From: the human T2T-CHM13v2.0 reference genome, Homo sapiens
Direction: 5' to 3' (one strand)
NCBI RefSeq assembly: GCF_009914755.1
Contig: NC_060928.1
DNA length: 64,000 nt
The notes below the pieces were generated by a model that worked only from the letters and a program-made list of their open reading frames with translations, was not told the DNA's origin and ran no database searches. This document shows, in pieces, positions 43,626 through 57,229 of the stretch (its first letter is position 1; every line of letters begins with the position of its first letter). The position numbers and the translations under genes were made by a program.

Positions 43626-45214
43626 GAAAATACAAAAAAAAATACAAATTTTATTGTGAGAGAATAAATGATTGGACTAAAAAAACCACTAAAAAAAAAA
43701 CAGAGAAAAGTAATGGGAGAGGAAAGATCTCTCTAATACTAGATAAACTATAGCATTTTCTTTGATTTTGCAAAATTGGCAAGGTAAATGGGATTTAGAA
43801 GAAGTGCAGGAGTTTTTTTGTCCCATCGTATTCAGCAAGATTTATTTGTTTTCATAGCCTGGAAATCACAAAACATGAGGATTCAAATGGGAAAATCACA
43901 GATAGGCAATGTGATGAAAGCATCTTTGTTTGTATGTAAGGTAACAGAATAACTGAAAACAGAAAATGGGTCATTAAATAAAAGTTCATACAGGAAAGAC
44001 AACTACAGCAAAGGAGAATACGTGTAAAAGAATTACAGTATTAGTCAATACTTCTCAAAGAGATGCTAAAAGTTTAAAGAGAAGAAATTTCTGTACAAAG
44101 TAAAGATAGGAAATTTTTAATCAGTTAAAAACTTCCACATTAAACAATTTTCAATTGAAGCTAGTTGGATGTGATTAAAATATCAGAAACCCCCAGGGAA
44201 GATAAAATCCTTGAATGCATACACTTCAGAGATTAAATAAATCAGAAATATGATAAAAATTGAAAATGTATTTACGCATATAATCCAGTGTTTTATGAGC
44301 AAAGAAGTTATTTCTCACATACTTTAATTTTTCCCTTTTCTGGTGATTTATTTTAAATTAAGAAATATAAGATGCTAAGTCAGTCTAATTTAAAGTTACA
44401 GTACAACTAATTCTAATAATGAAATAACCCCTTACAGCAAGTCTTTGAATCATTAGAGGATTTTCAGATAATTTCTTGTGAATGCAAACAAGATAATCAT
44501 AGAAGTGCATATATCAAGTAGCCCTTTCTTCAAACACTAGTGGTCATGCATATTCAACAGAATGCAAATATTGACTTTCCTGATAGCAAGTGGGGCAGAT
44601 TGAAAAAGTGTCTGATGGGAAACTGTAATCATTTTGTGGAATGTGACAGTGACCTTCATGTCCCCTATGCCAAGGATGTATTCTACTTAAATCTTTGATT
44701 CTGCTAACCTTTAAACAGTTTCCACAACTTGAGAAATAAAATAGACATCTGGAAAAGGGCAGTCTCTGCCAGAACAATAAAAGCTTGGAAGAAATAAACA
44801 GGCCTTGTGTCTCATAATGTTTCTCAGGAGATCCAAGGCAAGAAAGCCTCAGGTTGCAATTGACTTCTCAAAAAGACAAACTAGCACATGAAAAACTTCC
44901 TCCCTCTGAGTAAGCTGAGGGGAGAATAGGAAAGGTCAGCCCATTGTATTCCCAGTAATCAATATGCTTTGGAAACATAACACCCAATTTAGATTTAATT
45001 ATTTAATATTTTTAAAATGAAAATGTCTTAGTACTTTCAATCAAGATATCAAAAATATTACAGCATGCTTTATATTTGATGAATGTAGACTTACCATGCT
45101 TCAAATACTAGACAAAGCATAGCTATGGAATCAAACTTAAATAAAAAGATGACTAACTGTCAACTGAATTTTATGCATGCATCCTAATAAATTAAAAACA
45201 AATGCGACTTTATT

Positions 45215-45640
45215 GAAATATCAAATGTATTAGGTAGAGTGAAAGAAGCCAGTTCAGTCTCAAAATGTTACATACTACGTGAGTCCACTACTATGATACT
45301 CAGCAAAAGTATAGGGACAGAGAATGGTGAGTGGCTGGCAGAGGTTGCATTGGGAAGTTTTGACTAAAAAGGACAGGAATTAGGGAATATTTTTCAGTGA
45401 TGGATCTTTAGTAACCTTATTGTAGTGGGGATTACAGGATACTAAATAGGTCTTAAAACTCACAGAACCATGTACAAAAATATGAAATTGAATACATGTG
45501 TGTGCATGTGTATAGATCAATATAAATAGCTGTTTACACCTCTCTTGATTACGTTGGTGGTGGTAGTTGCATGTGTGAATACATTGTCCAAACTCCTAGG
45601 ACATTTACAATTTAAGTATACCTCAATAAAGTTGTTTTTT
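45215..45640 (+). mobile_element. L1MC/ME 3' fragments
   Basis: AGTGAAAGAAGCCAG...TCTCAAAATGTTACATACT, TAGGGACAGAGAA, AAAACTCACAGAAC, TATACCTCAATAAAGTTG. Confidence 0.7.
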
Positions 45641-47096
45641 GACTTGTGTTAAATAAATTTACATGCATAGGAAATAACTTTGTAAAATCTATTTCCAGCA
45701 TTTTAAATTAAATGTAAATTTAAACACTCAACAAGATCAAATTGAGGTACTACACAGTTAGTGAATTCTATCTAAACTAGTGGTGCTAGGTTTTTGAATA
45801 GCCCACTCTGTTTTAGAAAATTAGACTATACAACCAATATTAAAGCAGTTTCTATATGATTTCCCTCATATCACAATGAGACAATCAAATACACTGGAAA
45901 AATATAATAGACTCTAACAAAATGCCTTCTTTATCTAAACACCCTTGAAACAAAAGCTACTCAATTTTGATAGCTTTTTAAAAGTAGTTTGTTGCATCTT
46001 CAAATAAAGTGACAAATTTTATAATCTTATAAAAAGTTAAAAGATATTTAAAGCATTTTAAATATGAATAAATTATTAAAGAATACTACCTTTTAGATAA
46101 TATGTCTAATGATAAAATTATGGTAATACATAGCTGAAAATATAAAATATATCAATTATTCTCTTATAAACTCAACGTTAACTTATATGCACATAAATTA
46201 CGTTACCATTATATTTATTTTCATTGAAAGGCATTAAGAAGATACAAGCAGGTGTGCAATTAGATATGAAAATTTATAGTTTGATAAGAACAGAGACTCT
46301 ACAGTATAAGGATATTTGGCATTTATATTAAGGTATAATCTTGGTGGTTTTCGGGTAGACATTTTCAGCTTAATTCTCTATGAAGCATAATAACTTTATC
46401 TAGAAATAGATTGAAACAGCTCACTCCTGAACTCTCTCTATTAAATGAAATATGTGAGCTACAACACACACAATTTGAAATTGAACTGTGGAGACCTAAT
46501 CATGACTCTCTCTAGTTAGGTGTTGGGTGTGCATGTCCAAACTTGCTGTCTCCGCTCACCTGAAGATTAAAACACAGCAGCTACTAGCAGGATGTTAGCA
46601 ATGGAGTCCCAGAAGTAAGCAAATAGTAATAGACTTGGATTAAAAAAAATTCTCTAGATATGAACCAAATCCCAGCACTAATTTCCTAACACTTATTATA
46701 CCACCATTAATTCAGAAATATCATCGACATAAAAATGAAAGGACTATTAAGATAGTCAAACTCAAAATACCATGTTTTAATTTCATATAACTTTGCATTT
46801 CATTTTAATGTAAATTAATTCACATAACTCATTGGTTTGTCTAGCACCTACTGAATAATTGGTGTCATTTCATACGATGCACATAATTTTATATCTGAAA
46901 CGACTGAACTTGAAAGCAAAAATAACTGAGCTTCTAGAGACTTAGGAAATAATCAAAATCACGAAGTTGTTTGGTCATTGCAGCATCAACTATTTTCTAG
47001 TCTTTTTTTTTCCTTTCACTCAGGTCAATACTTCTGCTGGAAGATAGTGATTTGGTCTAACATTTTAAGATATAAATACAAGTCAAGCCTCCATAT

Positions 47097-48185
47097 TATT
47101 AACTCATTTGAAAATGTGCATTAAAGATCTATTATGTGCCAACAAAATATTCTAGGGACAGGGTGTAAAACTCATGAGTTTCAACTGCATGTATTGACTT
47201 ATACAGGGATTCTTTTCAATCAAAGACAGATCAAGAATACTGTATTGGTGGGATGCAAAGCCCGTGTATGCAGAGGGCCGGTTTTTCATATATGCAGTTT
47301 CCACAGGGCCAACTGTGGGACTTGAGTATGCATGGATTTTGGTACATGCAGGTGTCCCGGAGCCAATCCCCTGCAAATGCGGAGGGATGACTGCCTACAG
47401 TTTGTTAGAAGTTGAAAAGGCTATGATGAAGGAAAAAGAAGGGGTAGAGGATAGGAAGTCCTAGGAGAATGAGAGATTTCCATTTTAAATAGGTGGGTAG
47501 ACCTTACAAAGAAGATGGCCTTTCAGAACGGATATGAAGGATATAAGAGAATAAACCATGCTGACAACTGGGCAAAGAGACTTTCAGGCAGAAGGAGCCT
47601 CAAGTGCAAAAATCCCAGGAAGAGGCCACCTGCGGTGTTCCTGTTCAAGAAGCATCAAGGAGGCGGTGTGGCAGGAAAAAAGTGAAGGAAAAGAAAGTGG
47701 TACTGATTGAGGTCAGAGAGATTAAAAGGCAGGAACATATCCTGCAGAATCTTGCCAGTGATTTTAACATCTTCAAATTTCACGCAAGATAAAGTAGGAG
47801 TCACGAAAGAGAGTGGTTTGAGCAGAGGAATGACTTTATCTGAATGGCTCTGGCTACTGGGTGGAGAAGAGTCTCCAGGGAGAAAAGTGCAGGAAAAAGG
47901 AAACTACATGGGATATTCTTCTAGGCAGAGGTAAAAGTAGCATGAACAAAAGCAGTAGAAGCAGAAACTGTGGGACAACCTAGAGCTTTGAATATGTTTT
48001 GAAGGTAGAGACTAAGATTTCCGGGAAATGTGATGAGTTAAAGAGAGGAGTCAAAGCTGATTACAAGAATTAACTGAGCACAGAGAAGGAAGGAGTAACC
48101 ATTAATTGAGAAGGGAAAGACAGGGGGAGGAGCAAGTATTCTGTTTTGGAAGGTGTGAGCGGTCTTTAGATATGCAAGTAGTGGA
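47097..48185 (-). mobile_element. L2 (L2a-like), interrupted by Tigger4a and an Alu
   Basis: CTATTATGTGCCA; TTTCAGGCAGAAGGAGC, TTTGAGCAGAGGAATGAC, GAAGGTAGAG, AGAGAGGAGTCAAAG, CCATTAATTGAGAAGGGAAAGAC. Confidence 0.75.
47173..47393 (+). mobile_element. Tigger4a (MER46A-like) DNA transposon MITE, left end missing
   Basis: GCAGAGGGCCGGTTTTTCATATATGCAG, GGGACTTGAGTATGCATGGATTTTGGTA, CCAATCCCCTGC...GAGGGATGACTG terminus. Confidence 0.85.
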
Positions 48186-48490
<305 letters not shown>

Positions 48491-48525
<35 letters not shown>

Positions 48526-48578
48526 ATATATATATATGTGTGTATATCTATATATATATATGTGTGTATATATATATA
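48491..48578 (+). repeat. (TA)n/(TG)n compound microsatellite
   Basis: Direct reading. Confidence 0.95.
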
Positions 48579-49097
48579 TGCAAGTAGTGACATGTTTCAA
48601 TAGGTTGCACAAGGCGGAGGGGTGTGGAGGGGCATATTGTTTCCTTTTATTAACAAATGATGCCTTATTTGATATTGAATGGTCACCCCATGGCTCTGAA
48701 TATCAAATGTAAACAAGGATTTTTAAAAATATATTTATTTGTCAATACTTATTTATCTTTTTAATAATTCAGGGATATGGTTGTATACAAATCAAAAACA
48801 TCACAATACTGTCATCTAACTAAACTCATTTTCAAAGGCCATTCATAGATCATGCTCCATTTTAAAAATGACAAGGCTTATAAATTAGAATTGTAACTGA
48901 ATAATGACAAGATCAACTAAGAAAGAAAAAGGTAAAATATTTGCAATATTTATGAGAAATATAATAAGGGCATATAATCATTGAAAAATTAGAATATAAT
49001 AGTTTAGTGGAAATTCATATCCTTTTGAGAAGTATGATTTTTACTTTTGTATGATATTTAACTATAATATAAATTACTCAACAGTAAATGGAAAACT

Positions 49098-49172
49098 ATA
49101 TTTTTAATGGATATGTGATAATTGTATATATTTATAGGGTACATGTTGTATTTTGATATATGCATATAATAT
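49098..49172 (-). mobile_element. L1MA 3' terminal fragment
   Basis: ATAATTGTATATATTTATAGGGTACATG...TATTTTGATATATGCATA. Confidence 0.7.
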
Positions 49173-49487
49173 ACTTTTGTGCTTTGGGTGTACATTGAAA
49201 TCAAAAGTTTTAAAACTGTAAATATAGGACTTATCCCTTGTTACAGGCTCACAAAGAAAGACTTTTAAAAACGTTGACTTTGAATTAAAGGTACGTTTCT
49301 AGCATGCTTGTTGTGTAGATTTGGGGGAGAGGGAAGTGAAGGTTAATATGATAAAAGTAACATCAATGTTATTTTCATTTGATTTTTAGTTTTTGTCAAT
49401 GTGTTTGTGTCTGTGTGTAAAAATAGTTGTCTAATGTGGAATATATGATTGACTAAAAATATTGACAATTTTCACAGGAACATTTCA

Positions 49488-50709
49488 ATTTGTTTTTTCA
49501 ACTTTTATCTTGAGCTTGAGGGTACACGTGGAGGTTTGTTACATAGATAAACGTGTCATGGGGGTTTGTTGTACAGATTTTTTCATCACCCAGGTATTAA
49601 GCCTAGTACCTAATAGTTATCTTTTCTGCTCCTCTCCCTCCTCCTCGCTTTCAACCTCACGAGGCCAGAGTGTCTGTTGTTCCTTTCTTTGTGTGAATGA
49701 GTTTTCATCATTTAGCTACCACTTATAAGTGAGAACATGTGGTATTTGGTTTTCTGTTCCTATGTTAGTTTGCTAATAATGGCCTCCAACTCCATCCACG
49801 TTCCTGCAAAAGACATGGTCTCATTTTTTATGGCTGCATAGTATTCCATGGTGTATATGTACCACATTTTCTTTAACCAGCCTGTCATTGATGGGCATTT
49901 AGGTTGATTCCATGTCTTTGCTATTGTGAATAGTGCTGCAATAAACATTCATGCATGTATGGTAGAATGATTTATATTCCTCTGGGTATGCACCCCATAT
50001 TGGGATTGCTGGGTCGAATGGCAGTTCTGCTGTTAGCTTCTTGAGAAATCGCCATACTGCTTTCCACATGGTTGAACTAATTTACACTCCCACCAACAAT
50101 GTATAAGTGTTCCCTTTTCTCCACATCCTTGCCAGCATCTGTTATTTTTTGACTTTTTAATAATAGCCATTCTGACTGATATGAGATGACATCTCACTGC
50201 GGTTTCGTTTGCATTTCTCTAATAATCAGTGATATTGAGCTTTTGTTCACATGCTTGTTGGCAGCAAGTGTGTCTTCTTTTGAAAAGTGTCTGTTATGTG
50301 CTTTTCCTACTTTTTAATGAGGTGTTTTGTTTTTTTCTTCCAAATGTGTTTAAGTTCCTTCTACAAGCTGGATATTAGACCTTTGTCAGATGCACAGTTT
50401 GCAAAAGTTTTTCTCCCATTCTGTAGGTTGTCTATTTTATTCTCTTGATAGTTTATTTTGCTTTGCAGAAGCTCTTAAATTTAATTAGATCCCATTTGTC
50501 AATTTTTGCTTTTGTTGTGATTGCTTTTGGTGTCTTTGTCATTTGAAATACTTGTCCATTCCTACATCCAGGATTGTATTGCCTAGGTTGTCTTCCAGGG
50601 TTTTTACAGTTTTAGGTTTTACATTTAAGTCTTTAATCCGTCTTGAGTTGATTTTTGCATATGGTGTAAGGAAGGGTCCAGCTTCAATCTTCTGCATATG
50701 GCTAGCCAG
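49488..50709 (-). mobile_element. LINE-1, 5'-truncated, older primate (L1PA13-15-like)
   Basis: Antisense 3'UTR (GGGGGTTTGTTGTACAGATT, CCCAGGTATTAAGCCTAGTACC) and ORF2 C-terminus (track [22 protein letters not shown]...); many frameshifts. Confidence 0.93.
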
Positions 50710-50799
50710 ATTTCAGGTTATTAATAGAGGTGTACTCTGATAGAATGCAAGTTTATGGAGGGGAATGAAATGCTTATTTTGTAGTTAAAAAATGATAAT

Positions 50800-51025
50800 G
50801 TTAATATAATAATGGTGTTTTTATGCCATATATTAGGCAAATTATATTAGATTTTTACATCCATAGCATTAGTTACTTAGAACTACTCTATTGGATAATC
50901 TGAAATTATACTTTTTTACAAATAAGAAAACTGAGAAGTGCAGTAACTTGCCGAACTTTGCATAGTGAAGATGCAATGGAATCAGAATTCCAAACCAGAC
51001 AGTCTGACGTAAGAGCTTGTGCTTG
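50800..51025 (-). mobile_element. MIR
   Basis: TTTTACAAATAAGAAAACTGAG...GTAACTTGCC...AAACCAGACAGTCTGAC. Confidence 0.75.
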
Positions 51026-51729
51026 GCTTGATATTAATATGTCAAATCTCTATGTATTACCTATACCCTTTGAGCGACTGACCTTCTCTGAAGAAATGCC
51101 CTTTAGGTACACAAAGGAAAAATTTTGATTGTTCTTATCAGCCTTAAGCAGACGGACCAGGGTTATTCATTTGTCAGTACCTAGGAATGCAATAATTAGC
51201 ACTCCGCATCAGTGCTTTCCTAGGATAGACACTGTATCACATCGGAAGTATACATTATGATATGGGTCACTAAGTTGTTAATTAATAAATAATTAATTTC
51301 TATTCTCCAACTATGCCCCTGAATAAATTAACATTTCCCTAAAGTGTCTATTAACATGTAATGAGTTTTTTTTTTTTTTTTAATGATTGGATTTATATTC
51401 TCTTCAGTGTCTAATGAAAACACACTGCTTCTCTGAGTTAACTAAGAGAACTCTCAGGGAGACTACACACTCTTCAGATCACCCATCAGAAACTTAAATC
51501 TTGTTACTCTCCAGAAAGTACCATCAGTGTCCTAAAAAGGCCATACTCTTAAACAGCCATCACCTAAAAGGATACAAAGCGCTTTATTAGCAAGATAAAA
51601 GAACACTGGAGTTAATGCAGTTACACAACTATTTACTAAGGCCCAGACAAACCAGAAAGGTAAAGCCTGGTTCCTAGGAAAAGATAGCTTTTGTTAATGG
51701 ATTCAATCTGGAGAATAATTGTATGAATT

Positions 51730-51852
51730 AGCTATTACAATCTCCATTCTACAACAAGAACTGAAATTCAAAGACATTAAGTAAATTGCCCAAAGTAATC
51801 TATTCTGCACATGGCAAAGCCCCATTTTAACCATAAGCTATCTGACTCCAGT
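51730..51852 (-). mobile_element. MIR fragment
   Basis: TCTCCATTCTACA...TTAAGTAAATTGCCCAAAG...TCTGACTCCAG. Confidence 0.65.
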
Positions 51853-51859
51853 GGGTGGC

Positions 51860-52260
51860 TGCAGGCACCTAAAACAAAGGTTGCTCACCAGTGAAATACT
51901 CTGCTCTGGCAGAACTTGCTTTTCTTTCTGGATTCTTCTAAGCAACACATAACAAATATCCAGGCACTTGTGAGTCATCTACATCTCTTCCTTTCCTCTC
52001 ACAACCAAATGTTCACCATCAGTTCTAACTCCTTCACCTATCCCAAACCTCCCCCACCACTCAAACTTCATTGTCATTGCTATAATTTTAGGCATCCGTA
52101 TTTCTCACAAGTTCCCCTTGCCCGTCTTGTCTCCTTCATTCAATCCATGCTCTATATTGTGGCCAATGCATTCTTTCTGAAATATAAAACTGATCAAATT
52201 TAATGTCATTCAATAGCCTTTGCCTACAGCCTAATACTTTTCCTGCCTTCAGTTGTGTCA
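51860..52260 (+). mobile_element. L2 fragment
   Basis: CAGGCACCTAAAAC, CAATCCATGCTCTATATTGTGGCCA, TTTCTGAAATATAAAACTGATCA. Confidence 0.55.
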
Positions 52261-53166
52261 CATTTTGCACCACCTGGTGTTCACTTTTCCCATTTTGGAA
52301 CCGTTGGCCCAGTGGACTGTTTGATAAGTCTCCCAACTTTATTTGCTTCCAACAGTTATTGCTCTATGTAGCTGTATTTTTGCATGTCTTGAATATTTGG
52401 TTACAAATAAGGAATCCATCTGTACTTTAAGTATAATATCTATTGCTAATTAGAAAATATTTTTAAAGCTGCAAAACTCATTCTCTCGGGATAGATGTTA
52501 TGACAGGGAAATCTTTTTTTATAGTTGAAAATTTGTACTGCATTTTAGTGGGCAATTATATTTGAAGTGTGAAATCACCACTCCAATGAAATTTATGTGA
52601 ATATAGTCAAAACATATGCTAATTAGATCTTCCATGGGATGAGTCAGACAGATGTATATTGTTTTTATTTTATTGTTTTACAACATTTTAACTTTTTATT
52701 ACTACCTTGGTGAGGAGCAAATGAAGTAGCTAAATTAAATGTTTAGCAACATTTTGAACTAATAAGTTCCTCAAAGGTTAGACAAATAAATACATCTAGA
52801 CACATAATTTTCATCACAGAACTTAAACACAATTAAATTTTTCTTATAGAAATTTTATGTTTTAGCAGATTTTTCCTTATTGTTTTTCCAATATATCTTA
52901 AGATGTATAGCAAAATGGGCATAACTGACAAAGGAATGACTTACATCAAGAATTGAGGAGGAAACATGAGATGCACACATAACTAACATCACTCCTTAAA
53001 GAACCTAGGTAATTTACACATAACGGTTGACTATCTTCTCCATATGTACCAATACTGTCTAAAATAGATTTACTCTATATATGCACTTTACAGTGCACAT
53101 TCCTTTCAATTGAATACAAATCAAATACACCTTACTACAAATGACAAGTTTTAAGTCTTTATATGA

Positions 53167-53506
<340 letters not shown>

Positions 53507-53738
53507 TTATCTATATGAATATATAGAGGTGTGTGAATGTGAGGATGGATTATAATGTCTGTACCAGCTTCTGACAGTCAAGACTAAAGCCACAATGGCC
53601 TCAAATGCCACCAGTTAGGAGAATACAAGAAATAGAGTTGTATGCCTGTAACAGTACTTCATCTAAAGCTACACGGAGGAAAAGATTCTGTCTACTCTTT
53701 GCTTTAGAATTTCTACAGGGTTCTATCTATGCATCTTA

Positions 53739-54235
53739 GTGACCAAGAATGCCTTAAGGTCTCCCTCAGCTTGACTAAACTTTAAAGAGTTTTTTCACCT
53801 AATTGTATACCCCCTGACTTTCTTTGTTTCTTTTTTTTATTGTAAATACTGTCTCTTCTTCTTTGAGTTGTAATCCCACCACAAGCCAGGGATGTTTTCT
53901 CAAGGAGCTGGGAACTATCCCTTTGAAATATAACCATCAAAAAAGATAGTACCCCTATCTCTCAGTCTCTGTGGGAAGGTAAGAGCCTACCTTCAAAGAA
54001 CAGCAATTAACAAACACTGGGACCTGATCACATTGACCAATCTTCCCCTTTAGGAAGACTCTCCTGTAATTTTTCTTTAACTGATCTCAGCATTTAAAAT
54101 CCTTCACCTTTGTTTCAGCTTGACTTGAGTTCAGTCTCTCCCTTATTTCAATATTCATCACTCCTATTCCAACAATATTGAATGAAGTCTTCCTTGACAT
54201 TTTTAACAAGTGTCTAGTACAATTTTTCTCTTACA
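53739..54235 (+). mobile_element. ERV1 solo LTR, MER67-like
   Basis: CTCCCTCAGCTTGACTAAACTTT, TCTCAAGGAGCTGGGA, CCCTTTGAAAT, CCCTATCTCTCAGTCTCTGTGGGA, TTGAGTTCAGTCTCTC; ends TTACA. Confidence 0.75.
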
Positions 54236-54437
54236 ATATGTATTCAACATACATAGCTGAAAGAGAATTTGACTGAATTGCTTTGGGTTCAATAATCAAT
54301 CAATTCAATTAAGATATTCACCATGCAAATGGAAACTTAAATAGTTAGGTCATTGATGTCTCCTGCTATACAAAAGGAATTGCATAGACAGATTTGATCA
54401 TCTATTTGCCTTTGTTTTGCATGGTGAAGCAGTTAAA

Positions 54438-54446
54438 CACACACAC

Positions 54447-54485
<39 letters not shown>
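54438..54485 (+). repeat. (CA)n microsatellite
   Basis: Direct reading. Confidence 0.95.
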
Positions 54486-54488
<3 letters not shown>

Positions 54489-54740
54489 TCAGGTTGGAAT
54501 TTGGTATCTTATTTCTACAAAGTCTGTTTTGTCAGTCTAAAGATCTCTGTTTCAATGTGATGCTGGTTAGTTGTGCCGAAACTCCAAAGGGAGGAGGGTC
54601 TAATAAGGCTTGTCTAACCTCCCCACTTTCCAGTCGTGCTCTAAACTAGTTTTTCAGGTTTCTAAGGGAAACTAGGCCAAGGACCAAGGGTAGGATCCAT
54701 TCAGTCGGATAAGGAGCATAGAATTTTATTTTTAGTTTAA
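54486..54740 (-). mobile_element. ERV1 LTR fragment, LOR1-like (5' half)
   Basis: GAGTCAGGTTGGAATTTGGTATCTTATT, CTCCAAAGGGAGGAGGG, AACTAGTTTTTCAGGTTTC, CCATTCAGTCGG, TAGAATTTTATTTTT. Confidence 0.8.
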
Positions 54741-55779
54741 AAAATACATTAATTTTTTATTTCCACATTGAAAGGAATATGAAATTAGCTATTTAATGGA
54801 AATATTATATGCTGCTATAAAAATATATTATAGATATTCTCTGATTATGTGGATAAATGCTATGACATGTGAACCAAAAGTTATAAAGTATCTGGTCTAC
54901 TTAAAATACTGATAGAAAATAAACAACAATATCCTGAAATTAAAGTTAAACTTTAAATTAGTATTGTAATTTGTAAATTGTAATTTGTAAATTTGTATTG
55001 TAAGTTGAAACTGGAATGTTACTTTAAACCAATAATATACATTTATATTGATAAGAAAAATTCATATTAATTGATCTTGAAATATCCTTTCGTGTAGAGT
55101 AAATCTCTTTTTAATTGACTATGTATAATAAACACTTCATGGTGTCACTAACATATTTGTACTCATCAGCAAATATAGTGTCTATAAAAGTCTTCTGGAA
55201 AATCACAATACCTTACATATATGTAAATGATCATTTAAATAAGACAGTTTGATGTGGCTAAATTGTCACCATGATAGCCAATAAATTTCATTTATACTTC
55301 AATTATCTCTTAATTTTAGAAATGAAAAATTCAAGGACAACCTATACATTTTATAAATTGAATACACCACATGAAATCATGATACATAATGCACACTCCC
55401 CGCCATGCTTCCTTGGACAATTCACATGAAAACCATCAAAGTCATCTCTAGTCTCTTCAAAAGTTAGAAAAGACTTCAGAGGTCAAATTCACCTCCGATT
55501 TCCCAAGTAAAACACAAGCAGATTTTTAAACACAAGTAAAAGTTTTTGGTGAATTCTACAGGTATCATATAAGGTCAGCCTGTACTAAATGACTGAAGAT
55601 TGAAATTGATTTTGATGGCCTAATCTGATATATTGGATTTGAGGTTATTTTGCTTAAGGGCTATCAGGAGAAAAGATGTCAAGAGGTTTGGCTTCTGGCA
55701 AAATCAGTCAAAAACTCTGTGCTTACACTCATGCCTGCTAGCCACAAAGACACAGGTGTCCATAAGGTTGAATAGTCTA

Positions 55780-56260
<481 letters not shown>

Positions 56261-56885
56261 TTAAAACTCAGATAATTGTGCAAAATTACCTCTGTACAAT
56301 GACCTTTTAATCTAATGGGAGGATTGAGAAGTTGTATTACTAAAAGAAATGCTAGTATCTTCTGCAACAAGGTCATAATTATAAACTATCTTACATGGAT
56401 TGGGGAAGTAGACTTCAAATAAGAATTACAGCCCTTGGCACAAAATAAGGAAGCACCAAATGGGAGAGAGAAGAAGGGATGGAGGGAAGAGGGAGGGAAG
56501 GAATGCCTGGAAAATTTGCCAAGGTATTAAAACTGTAAGTTTTGGAAATGGATTACTAAAAGTAGCATCTAATTATGTATATGAAATGGAATTTGATATC
56601 TCACTGATCCAGATCTATTAAAAACTATGCATCTTAAACTAAGTGGACCAGCACAAACAGTTTTTAATTAGGTTTCAAAAATGCAAGCACAATGACAAGA
56701 AGAAGCCCTGTAGTTTTTGTCATTTTGATACCGTTTAGTTTCATAATCACAAATAAGAATTAGCAGCTACCAGCTATATGCCAGCAACTGAATATTGTCT
56801 CTCTTTATCCCATTCCATTTTTATGATATTCTTATAAGGTAATTGATATTATTTCCTGTTGTAGAGATAGAGAAACATCATATAC

Positions 56886-56930
56886 CTATATCTATCTGTC
56901 TATCTATCCTCCTATCTATCTATCTATCTA
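56886..56930 (+). repeat. (TCTA)n tetranucleotide repeat, interrupted
   Basis: Direct reading. Confidence 0.85.
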
Positions 56931-56979
56931 GAGAGTAAAATTGAAGAGATATTTAGCAACTAGTAAAAACTGTGAAAAG

Positions 56980-57188
56980 GAGGCATCATTGAATAGTAGT
57001 CACACAGTCATGAATTTGAATAACAACTTAATCACTTTCTGGCCATTAGATGTTAGACAAATAACATTGTTTCTATGAGATCTAGTTCTCCTCATTGTAC
57101 ATGAAGGGTCTGATAGTGAGCAGATTTATATGTTGTGAGTTGTCAGTTGGATAACATACATAAAGTGCCTTCTGCTAAGGATACATGC

Positions 57189-57190
<2 letters not shown>
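56980..57190 (+). mobile_element. MIR
   Basis: CTAGTTCTCCTCATTGTACATGAAGG...GTTGTGAG...GATAACATACATAAAGTGCCT. Confidence 0.55.

Positions 57191-57227
<37 letters not shown>
57191..57227 (+). repeat. (TG)18 perfect microsatellite
   Basis: Direct reading. Confidence 0.95.
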
Positions 57228-57229
<2 letters not shown>

